From positions 6,302 to 70,301 of the forward strand of contig CAWIUO010000007.1 of NCBI GenBank assembly GCA_963839325.1: a stretch of DNA of 64,000 bases, in the 5' to 3' direction. Below the pieces are notes generated by a model. The model saw nothing but the letters and a program-made list of their open reading frames with translations. It made no database searches and was not told the DNA's origin. The position numbers and the translations under genes are program-made. Below, piece by piece: positions 53,976 to 64,000 of the stretch (its first letter is position 1; each line of letters opens with the position of its first letter). The DNA is from an uncultured Acidobacteriota bacterium (GTDB lineage Bacteria; Acidobacteriota; Terriglobia; Acidiferrales; UBA7541).

Positions 53976-55282
53976 TTTCGTCTTCGAAGGCGAACCAAGG
54001 TCTCGATGTGGAGAGTTTGCGGAAACAGATCGAAAAGTTGTACGTCAACAATTTCGTAGTCGCCTTGCTGCAGCGCGCCGAGATCGCGCGCTAGTGTCGG
54101 GGGATCGCACGAAACATAAGTGATACGGTCCGCCGCGAGCCGTGCGATTCGCTCTGCGTCGCCCGGCTCAAGGCCCGCGCGGGGCGGGTCGAGCACCACC
54201 AGCTGCGGCCGCTCTTTGTTTTTCGCGAGGAAGCGCGAGACGTCCGCGGTGCGAACTTCAATCGCGCCGGCACCCTTGATATTCGATTCCAGATCGCGCG
54301 TAGCTGCAGGATTCGATTCCACCGACACAACCCTCCCAAAACGCTTCGCAAGCGGGACCGTAAAAAGCCCCACACCGGAAAACAGATCGAACGCCAGCCG
54401 CCCGCCCGGCTCTTTATCTACAACTTCGCGCGCCATCTCGTCCACTAATACTTTGTTAACTTGAAAGAAAGAGAACTGCCCGACACGATATGCCGTACCG
54501 TTCGCTTCATACTCGATAAAGCCAGGTCCAAACAGTTCCATCCGGTCGCTGCCGGGATCATGAAACAGCAGCGAGGCCATCTCGGGAACCACTTCGCGAA
54601 ACGTCGCCGCATGCTCGGACGCTCGCGAAGGAAACCCCGCGCACGTCGCCGTCAGCATCACTTTCGTGTCGGAATCATTCGCCACGGCCTCGATTTCGCG
54701 CAATCCGCGCGGAAGCTTTGCCGCAGCCAACGCATCACGCAGAGCGAGCAGTGTCTTTTCGAGCAGCGGCGACACGATCGGGCACTCCTGCACCGCGCAA
54801 AGGGACATCGATCCAGCGCGGAAGTAGCCGATCCGGAGCGCAGCCTTGCCCTCCACCGACTTCGCCACGCCGTCTTCGCCGATCTCCATCGGCCGGACTT
54901 TCCACTGCGCGCGGTTGCGATATCCATAGGGCTGCGAAGGGTGCGTCGTAATCTGCCCTGTCCATTCCACTTTGCCGATCCGCCGCAGCGTCTCGCGCAG
55001 AATTTCCGATTTGAACTCCACTTGCCGCTCATACGGAATGTGCTGATAGTCGCAGCCGCCACAATCGCCGAAATGGCGGCATTTCGGAGCGATCCGCTCG
55101 GGCGAAGGTTCGAGCACCTCATCGAGCTTCGCGCGAACGAATTTCTTTTTCTGCTCCGTGGGCGTCGCGCGCACCGTCTCGCCGGGAATCACGAACGGGA
55201 CGAATACCGTCGCGCCTTCGTGGTGGGCAAGGCCCTCTCCGCCGTAAACCAGTTTCTCGATCTTTACGTCAATGGATGGCAT
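53972..55282 (-). CDS. 23S rRNA (uracil-C5)-methyltransferase, RlmD/RumA family
   Basis: TRAM-like N-terminus, Fe-S cysteines (CRHFGDCGGCDYQH), SAM motif DLFSGVG, and catalytic YVSCDP. Confidence 0.8.
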   Translation of the reverse strand: MPSIDVKIEKLVYGGEGLAHHEGATVFVPFVIPGETVRATPTEQKKKFVRAKLDEVLEPSPERIAPKCRHFGDCGGCDYQHIPYERQVEFKSEILRETLRRIGKVEWTGQITTHPSQPYGYRNRAQWKVRPMEIGEDGVAKSVEGKAALRIGYFRAGSMSLCAVQECPIVSPLLEKTLLALRDALAAAKLPRGLREIEAVANDSDTKVMLTATCAGFPSRASEHAATFREVVPEMASLLFHDPGSDRMELFGPGFIEYEANGTAYRVGQFSFFQVNKVLVDEMAREVVDKEPGGRLAFDLFSGVGLFTVPLAKRFGRVVSVESNPAATRDLESNIKGAGAIEVRTADVSRFLAKNKERPQLVVLDPPRAGLEPGDAERIARLAADRITYVSCDPPTLARDLGALQQGDYEIVDVQLFDLFPQTLHIETLVRLRRRK

Positions 55283-55321
55283 TCGTTTTGAGCTCGAAAG
55301 GTGCGATTGCAGGATGGCGAT

Positions 55322-56083
55322 CTACGTCAGATAAAAAAGGCTTAGGCGTGGCACGCCGAAGTGCTCGAAGGTTCGCTTTTGTAAATATTGGCGCTCGAGC
55401 TGAACCAATTGTTCGGCACTCATCTTACGCCGGTACGGCGCCAGCGAACGATCCATTTCGCGGCGAATCGAGAGCATAGCGTTGTCGTCCGCATCGGCGG
55501 CCAGCGAAGCCGAAAGCTTTTCTTCCAGCACCGTCATCCGCCGCTCCAGATCTTCCAAATCCAACGCCGCCGGCGAATCGATCAGTGGCAGGGCTTCGTC
55601 GAGCCGTGAGGCGGCTTCGTCGAGCCGGGCAGCAAGCTGGGGCAATGCCACTCGTTGTTTTTCGGCTGCAGCGCGCAGGCGCGCAGCATTCCGTTCGACG
55701 TATTTGCGAAGCTCGACGCGCGAAAACGGCTCTGCATTCGCCTTTGAAGATGGAACCTGAGGTCCCGTACCCGCGGACGCTTCTTGCGCTTCCGCCGCCG
55801 CATCCAGCACCGCGTCCACGCAATACGCGAGACTCTTCAACTGCCGCCCGCCCGCGGCCCGCTTCGAGCGATTCCAACTCTCAAATGCGCGGTCGATGCC
55901 TTTCAGCACCGTTGCAACGGGAATTCCGGCCTTCTGCCAGGTCTCCACAATCGCCCAGTCGAGCGGCGACACCAGCAAATGCGCCCCGCGCTTTTGCCAG
56001 AAATATTCCTCGATCTCTGTGAAATAGTTGAAGTAGTTGAACGTTTCCATCGGTCCGATGAGTTTGTAGCGAACGCGAAGCAA
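55322..56083 (-). CDS. conserved hypothetical protein (N-terminal winged-helix-like, C-terminal coiled coil)
   Basis: 253-aa ORF with no family recognised. The start may be METFNY at 56050. Confidence 0.5.
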   Translation of the reverse strand: MLRVRYKLIGPMETFNYFNYFTEIEEYFWQKRGAHLLVSPLDWAIVETWQKAGIPVATVLKGIDRAFESWNRSKRAAGGRQLKSLAYCVDAVLDAAAEAQEASAGTGPQVPSSKANAEPFSRVELRKYVERNAARLRAAAEKQRVALPQLAARLDEAASRLDEALPLIDSPAALDLEDLERRMTVLEEKLSASLAADADDNAMLSIRREMDRSLAPYRRKMSAEQLVQLERQYLQKRTFEHFGVPRLSLFYLT

Positions 56084-56116
56084 TGAAGGCAGAGCGAAAC
56101 AACGCCAAAGCAGAGC

Positions 56117-56908
56117 CTATTTTTTTCGCAACTTGGCAGGCGCCGGTTGGTTCCGTTCCCAAATGATCCGCAAACCTTCCAGGGTCAGAAATTCGTCGAT
56201 TTTCTGAATGTGCCGTGAAGCCGTGCCAATCAGCGACGCTTGTCCCCCGGTCGCCACCACGGTTGTCTTTGGGCCGAGAACTTTCTTCATGCGATTCAGA
56301 ATTCCGTCCACAAGGTCGGTGTAGCCGTAGAACAATCCGGACTGCATCGACGCCACTGTGTTGGTCCCGATCACTTGTCCGGGGTCCTTGATCTCCACGC
56401 GGAACAACCGAGCGGCGCGCGAGAACAGTGCTTCGGCCGAGATTCCTATACCGGGGCAGAGAACGCCGCCCAGATACTCGCCTTTCGCTGAAACCGCATC
56501 GAAATTGATCGCGGTCCCGAAATCCACAATGATGCAGGGGCCGCCATACTTCGCCAGTCCCGCCACGCTGTTGACGATGCGATCCGCGCCCACTTCGTTC
56601 GGGTTGTCATACTTCACCGGCATTCCCGTCCTGATTCCCGGAATCACGAACATCGCGTCGCGCCCGAAATAACGCTCCGCCATTCCAGCTAGGGTCGCGT
56701 TTAGCGGCGGCACGACGGAGCTGATGATGACGCCGTCGATTTCTTTCGAGCCAAGCTTCGCGAGCGTAAAAAGATCGCGGGTCAGTATGCCGTACTCGTC
56801 GATGGTCTGGTCGCGCGCGGTCGTCAGGCGCCAATTCGCCACCAGCTTCGGCCCGCGAAAAACGCCCAGCACCGTGTTCGTGTTTCCAACGTCCAAGGTC
56901 AGGAGCAT
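56117..56908 (-). CDS. coaX: type III pantothenate kinase
   Basis: [19 protein letters not shown] and TGG blocks. Confidence 0.9.
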   Translation of the reverse strand: MLLTLDVGNTNTVLGVFRGPKLVANWRLTTARDQTIDEYGILTRDLFTLAKLGSKEIDGVIISSVVPPLNATLAGMAERYFGRDAMFVIPGIRTGMPVKYDNPNEVGADRIVNSVAGLAKYGGPCIIVDFGTAINFDAVSAKGEYLGGVLCPGIGISAEALFSRAARLFRVEIKDPGQVIGTNTVASMQSGLFYGYTDLVDGILNRMKKVLGPKTTVVATGGQASLIGTASRHIQKIDEFLTLEGLRIIWERNQPAPAKLRKK

Positions 56909-57927
56909 TACTTGGCCTCCGCCACATCGCCCGAAATCACCGGCTCGATTCCGCCGCCGTCGTCTCGTAATACTCTCAGCACGCCGCTCGGTTCAAGCCC
57001 TGCGGTCGCGCCAGTGAACGATTCCGTCGCAGTCGTGATCCGCACGCGCTTGCCCTGAAAATAGCTCGAAACTTCCGCGAACCGTCTGAGAATCGGCGCC
57101 GCTCCGCCCGAAAGAAACAGATCGTAGTAGCGGTCGAAATGTCGCAGCAACCGCACCAGTACATCGTTCCGCGAGTGAACTTTTCCGGTCTCCATCCGCA
57201 GCGAGGTGGCGAGACCGGTCAGTTCCGGCGGCATCTTCGTCTGATTCACGTTGATCCCGATTCCTACCACTGCGTACCGCACTCGATCCGGCTCCGCATG
57301 CATCTCCGTCAGAATCCCGCAGAATTTTCTCCCGTTCACCAATACGTCGTTGGGCCATCTTATGTCGGGAATGCCGTCGAGTTCTTCCGCGGCGGCATCG
57401 CGAGCTGCGAGCCCCGCCACGATGGTGAGCAGCGGCGCGTGGGCCGGTGAAATCTGAGGACGCAGCAACAACGTGCAGTTGATGCCAGCCGATTTTTCAG
57501 TGAGCCACTTTCTTCCCGCGCGTCCGCGACCCGCGGTTTGCGATTCGGCAAGCACTACGGCGCCGTGCGGTTCGCCTTGCGCGCCCAGCTGCATCGCCAC
57601 CGTATTCGTCGATTCGGTTTTGAAGTAGTGGTAAAGGCGCTTGCCGAACATCGTGCCGTGCAGCCGCGGTGCCAGCATTTGCGGTACGAGGATGTCCGGC
57701 GCCTGCTCCACGTGATAGCCGCTGCGCGCGTGGCCTTTCACTTTGACGCCCAGCTCACGCAGCGTCTCGATCCATCGCCACACGCTCTGCCGCGAAACGC
57801 CGATTTCTTCGGCGATCTTCGCGCCGCTGATCACAATCGTTGAGTTTTCGGCGAGCAGGGCGACGAGCGCGTCGATCCTGCGGTCTGTTACGCCGGGCAA
57901 GTCCCCGGCAAGGCGTTTTTTGGTCAT
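56908..57927 (-). CDS. birA: bifunctional biotin-[acetyl-CoA-carboxylase] ligase / repressor
   Basis: N-terminal HTH ([21 protein letters not shown]) and GRGRAGRKW ligase motif. I chose an internal start of ORF 56908..58038. Confidence 0.85.
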   Translation of the reverse strand: MTKKRLAGDLPGVTDRRIDALVALLAENSTIVISGAKIAEEIGVSRQSVWRWIETLRELGVKVKGHARSGYHVEQAPDILVPQMLAPRLHGTMFGKRLYHYFKTESTNTVAMQLGAQGEPHGAVVLAESQTAGRGRAGRKWLTEKSAGINCTLLLRPQISPAHAPLLTIVAGLAARDAAAEELDGIPDIRWPNDVLVNGRKFCGILTEMHAEPDRVRYAVVGIGINVNQTKMPPELTGLATSLRMETGKVHSRNDVLVRLLRHFDRYYDLFLSGGAAPILRRFAEVSSYFQGKRVRITTATESFTGATAGLEPSGVLRVLRDDGGGIEPVISGDVAEAK

Positions 57928-57994
57928 GGCGCGAAGGTCAGGATACGCGCCTATTCGAGGGGCGACAAGCGGCGGGGGCGCTTCAGGACGGTAC

Positions 57995-60817
<2,823 letters not shown>

Positions 60818-61074
60818 CGGTTCCTTACATCCGGGAATTTCAGCGAGACAGTAATTTATGAATATAAGCGGCGGGGAAGTGCGGCGTCAAATCGAGGCGT
60901 TACGGGAATTGGCACACAATCGGCTTGCCTGATGACGCCCCACGCTATAAACTCCCCGACCATATCACTCGGAAGGTATCGCATTTCGACAACAATCTTA
61001 GTCTGCGCCCGCTCCAGCGATACGCTTCAGGCACGGCGGTACGCTGTTCGCGACTCGGGCCGGGGAGTTCCCTC

Positions 61075-62436
61075 ATGATTGTGGACCGATTCAAGAAATC
61101 CGTCTCAGTCCTTCAATGCGCCGCTCTTTTCCTCTTCGTTACGCCGGTCGCAAACCTAGAAGCGCAAGACTCCGCTTCGAACCAGGACGCGTCGTCCAGT
61201 TCAACGTCGTCCAGCGCGGCGTCATCGACTTCGGCTACGACCGCGCCGCTCACTACCGATCAACTCGATTCGATGGTCGCGCCGATCGCGCTATATCCAG
61301 ACGCGCTGGTCGCGCAAATCCTCGCAGCGTCCGCTTATCCCGACCAAGTGGCGATCGCGGATTACTGGCTCGGCCAGAACAAGAGCCTCAGCAGCACCGA
61401 CCTCGCGAGCGCGGTCAATCAGCAAACCTGGGATCCGAGCGTGAAAGCGCTTTGCCAGTTTCCGTCGGTTCTGGACAATCTCGCGCACAATCTTGCCTGG
61501 ACTTCGAGCCTCGGCCAGGCGTTTGAAAATCAGCAGGACGACGTGATGAATGCTGTGCAGGCTATGCGCGCGAAAGCTCAGGCCGCGGGTAATTTGCAGT
61601 CGAACCAACAAATCAGCGTGGTGCAACAGACGCCGCAGACGATCATTATCAAGCCGGCCAACCCGCAGGTGGTTTACGTTCCGGAGTACAACCCGACTGT
61701 CGTGTACGGCTCTCCGTACGTTGTGCCACTGTACACTCCTCCGCCGGTGGCTGTGGCAGTGGCGGCAGGCATCGGGTTCGGAGCGGGCATCGCTATCGGT
61801 GCCGCGGTTGGTGGAGGCGGATTCGTCGGCGGAGGCGTCGCTTTTGGCGGCGGTTGGGGCGGCTTTGGGTGGGGGTTCAACACGTGGAACTGTGGCTGGG
61901 GCGGCGGCGGCGGAGGCAACACCTACATCCACAATACGATCATTCACAACAACAACACCTACATCACTCGAAACAACTGGAACCACACCAACAACAATTA
62001 CAACAATTATCACCCGTGGGGTCCCGGCCCGCACGGCGACGGCCCATATGGCCCGCACCCGTATGGCCCGAATGGCAACCAGCCCGACGGCGGCCGTAAC
62101 GGAGACCGCGGGTTGATTGGCGGCAACGGCGGCGTTCAACATCAGCCCGACGGCGGCCGCAATGGCGATCACGGTTTAATTGGTGGTAATGGTGGCGTTC
62201 AACATCAGCCGGATGGCGGTCGCAACGGCGATCACGGCTTGATCGGCGGCAATGGCGGTGTCCAGCGGGACAATGATCGCGCGAATCGTTCCCATATGAG
62301 CGGTAACGGCTTCGACGCGCGTGGCGCGAGCAATCGCGGTCGAGAGAGTCGCACGAATTCCCGCCCGGCTCGGGCGCCCCGGCCGCAGCGTGCGTCTCGG
62401 CCCTCGCGTCCGTCCGGCGGCGGGCGCCGCCGCTAG
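61075..62436 (+). CDS. DUF3300-family secreted protein with Gly/Trp/Asn-rich low-complexity region and tandem repeats
   Basis: Signal-like N-terminus. LDSMVAPIALYPDALVAQILAASAYPDQV and WDPSVKAL are DUF3300 blocks. I chose the internal ATG of ORF 60925..62436. Confidence 0.7.
   Translation: MIVDRFKKSVSVLQCAALFLFVTPVANLEAQDSASNQDASSSSTSSSAASSTSATTAPLTTDQLDSMVAPIALYPDALVAQILAASAYPDQVAIADYWLGQNKSLSSTDLASAVNQQTWDPSVKALCQFPSVLDNLAHNLAWTSSLGQAFENQQDDVMNAVQAMRAKAQAAGNLQSNQQISVVQQTPQTIIIKPANPQVVYVPEYNPTVVYGSPYVVPLYTPPPVAVAVAAGIGFGAGIAIGAAVGGGGFVGGGVAFGGGWGGFGWGFNTWNCGWGGGGGGNTYIHNTIIHNNNTYITRNNWNHTNNNYNNYHPWGPGPHGDGPYGPHPYGPNGNQPDGGRNGDRGLIGGNGGVQHQPDGGRNGDHGLIGGNGGVQHQPDGGRNGDHGLIGGNGGVQRDNDRANRSHMSGNGFDARGASNRGRESRTNSRPARAPRPQRASRPSRPSGGGRRR
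62080..62268 (+). repeat. 3 x 63-bp in-frame tandem repeat (QPDGGRNGD[R/H]GLIGGNGGVQ[H/R]) inside the DUF3300 gene
   Basis: Units at 62080-62142, 62143-62205 and 62206-62268, read directly. The copies differ mostly at third codon positions. Confidence 0.9.
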
Positions 62437-62527
62437 TTTGTTCGCTCTGGCGGCATGCTCGGATTGAAGACTTCGCTCGAAACCGTCCGCGTAAACGGAA
62501 GCGGTATAAGTTCACGGAGAGGAAGAA

Positions 62528-63520
62528 ATGGGATTCGTCGATTCACTTCGAATCAAGAACACGGCACAAATAAATTGGCTTCGTGCGGCAAGCGCGATTG
62601 TGCTCAGTTCGGCGCTTTTACTTGTCGGCTGCAGCGGTTCAAAAACGTCTGAAGTGCCCGTGGAATCAAGTTATGCGACTCCAGAAGAAGCCGGTCAGGC
62701 GTTGCTCGCCGCGTCCAAGTCCGCCGCCGAGAGCGGTCTCGTCCAGGTGCTCGGCTCGGGGTCGCAGCCGATTTTCAAGTCCGGTGACGCGACTGAAGAC
62801 AAGGCCGGCCTCGACTCTTTCGTGGAGAAATATGATCGGATGAACCGGTGGGCCGCGCTGACCGACGGATCGCTGGTGCTCTACATCGGCGCCGACAATT
62901 ATCCTTTTCCCGAGCGTTTGAAGAAAAACGCCGCCGGTCGCTGGCAGTTCGACACGCAGAGCGGGCTTGATGAGATTGTGTCGCGGCGCATCGGGCGCAA
63001 CGAAATTCTGACGATCGACGCCGTCCAAGCGGTGGCCAACGCCGAGGAGCTTTACGCAAAGACGGGGCACGATGGAAATCCTCCGCATCAGTTCGCACAG
63101 CGGGTGATTAGCACGGCTGGCAAGCATGACGGACTCTACTGGCCATCAACCGATGACAAAGACGTCAGCACTCTCGGGCATGTGAAAGAGTTCGCGAATG
63201 ATGCCATCGCGGCAGCAGAGAACGGCAAGGAGCCTGTTTTCGACGGTTACTACATCAAGATCCTCACCGCACAGGGCGACAAGGCAGATGGCGGCGCGAA
63301 GAGCTACCTCGTGAATGGGAAGCTGACGGGTGGCTTTGCCGTAGTTGCGTACCCGGCGAAGTATCAGGATTCGGGGATCATGACGTTCCTAGTGAGCCGC
63401 GAAGGCGTGGTCTATCAGAAGGATCTCGGCGCGAATACCGCGACCGCCGCGGCGGCGATTGATTCCTACAATCCCGACGAAACGTGGGTGGAGGCGGAGC
63501 AGATCCCGGCGCGGAAATAA
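62528..63520 (+). CDS. DUF2950-family secreted protein
   Basis: N-terminal signal/lipobox-like LLLVGCSG, DGLYWP motif, GGFAVVAYPAKYQDSGIMTFLV block. The usual partner of DUF3300. Confidence 0.7.
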   Translation: MGFVDSLRIKNTAQINWLRAASAIVLSSALLLVGCSGSKTSEVPVESSYATPEEAGQALLAASKSAAESGLVQVLGSGSQPIFKSGDATEDKAGLDSFVEKYDRMNRWAALTDGSLVLYIGADNYPFPERLKKNAAGRWQFDTQSGLDEIVSRRIGRNEILTIDAVQAVANAEELYAKTGHDGNPPHQFAQRVISTAGKHDGLYWPSTDDKDVSTLGHVKEFANDAIAAAENGKEPVFDGYYIKILTAQGDKADGGAKSYLVNGKLTGGFAVVAYPAKYQDSGIMTFLVSREGVVYQKDLGANTATAAAAIDSYNPDETWVEAEQIPARK

Positions 63521-63523
63521 AAA

Positions 63524-63548
63524 GGCGCGAACGACAACCGTTCGCGCC
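63524..63548. terminator. hairpin terminator between convergent genes
   Basis: GGCGCGAACG-ACAAC-CGTTCGCGCC, flanked by AAAA on the plus side, which gives a T-run for the minus-strand gene. Confidence 0.5.
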
Positions 63549-63567
63549 CGTTCCGTCTCGGAAATTC

Positions 63568-64000
63568 CTACCGGTCTTTTTTCTGAAGTTCGCTCTGGAC
63601 CAGATTTTCGAGCAGCGGCTTCATGCCCTGCGAGAGCATTTCCTGCAGTTGCGGCTGAAGCTTTTCGAGGACCTTGCGGACCACGTCATCGACGACCACG
63701 TTCGAGTCCGATCCGTTCCCGCCGGCGTGGGTTTCTAGGGCCGGCGGCATGAGGAACGGAATGTCCGAGAGCGCCTCGCGATTGGTGGGCGGCAAAGTCG
63801 GGATGCGTTCGCCGAAGTCTTCTTCTTTCGCGACAGCCTCGGAAGTTTCGAAGAACGACGACGGCGCAGGATCGAGCAATCCTTCCTGCGAGTCCACAGT
63901 TTCGGCGAACGCCGGTTCCGGTTGCGGATCGGCGGCCAGCGGCTCTTCGGTCTGCGCTGCGTAACCGGAAGTCGAATCCAGATTCTCGGTGACAAAGAGC
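63568..64000 (-). CDS. C-terminal part of a hypothetical protein (open to the right edge of the window)
   Basis: Read by hand, the frame of ORF 63568..63897 stays open upstream to position 63999. It has an acidic/Pro-rich linker and then a helical tail, VVRKVLEKLQPQLQEMLSQGMKPLLENLV. Confidence 0.45.
   Translation of the reverse strand, partial: LFVTENLDSTSGYAAQTEEPLAADPQPEPAFAETVDSQEGLLDPAPSSFFETSEAVAKEEDFGERIPTLPPTNREALSDIPFLMPPALETHAGGNGSDSNVVVDDVVRKVLEKLQPQLQEMLSQGMKPLLENLVQSELQKKDR

Noticed and set aside
60925-60945. Sigma-54 promoter upstream of the DUF3300 gene (TGGCACACAATCGGCTTGC)
   Set aside because: GG-N10-GC spacing is only satisfied using GGC rather than TTGC, and the proper TTGC is 4 nt out of register. 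This is too weak to call.
62080-62268. Tandem repeats as a possible CRISPR array or DGR variable region
   Set aside because: The units are contiguous with no spacers, in-frame within a coding gene and 63 bp long. No cas genes or reverse transcriptase occur in the window.

Overview
This is a GC-rich 64-kb bacterial chromosomal segment. The gene content (DUF1800/DUF1501 and DUF3300/DUF2950 pairs, TPR-glycosyltransferases, a membrane H+-pyrophosphatase, split hldA/hldC) suggests an Acidobacteriota-like soil organism, but that is inference only. I found no rRNA, tRNA, CRISPR array, prophage, canonical defence system or secondary-metabolite cluster.

Gene order, left to right:
- Edge of a flagellar locus: a fliC N-terminus running off the left edge with a sigma-28-type promoter, a GT2-TPR glycosyltransferase, and flbD-motA-motB with a sigma-54-type promoter.
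- A diiron protein, two TlpA-like thioredoxins, DUF4126, a RAYT (IS200-like Y1 transposase) and a heavily frame-broken copA.
- GT2, two PTPS/QueD paralogs and folE; then rpsO-pnp.
- A peptidoglycan/amino-sugar recycling block: murA, murQ, a NagZ-AmiE-like fusion, namZ, two permeases and a GlcNAc-kinase-like ATPase.
- A run of small membrane, secreted and zinc-ribbon hypotheticals.
- Aldehyde dehydrogenase, class-III aminotransferase, yihY, DUF1800/DUF1501 and hppA.
- An LPS inner-core operon: waaA-lpxK-hldA-hldC-heptosyltransferase-ICMT.
- comEC, rlmD, coaX, birA, valS, and DUF3300/DUF2950.

The most unusual signals:
1. Two diverged ~250-nt hairpin-bearing repeat elements lie in inverted orientation. 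Each carries a conserved promoter-like module and points at the next operon. Together they bracket the 9-kb segment that holds the RAYT.
2. Reading-frame breaks are strongly clustered. Dozens fall in copA, folE, pnp, the aminotransferase-to-hppA block and valS, while long neighbouring genes are intact.
3. A NagZ/beta-lactamase-fold (AmiE-like) fusion sits with murQ and namZ.
4. The DUF3300 protein has a 3 x 63-bp repeat whose copies differ almost only at synonymous sites.

All functional calls come from motif and family recognition by eye. No searches were run.
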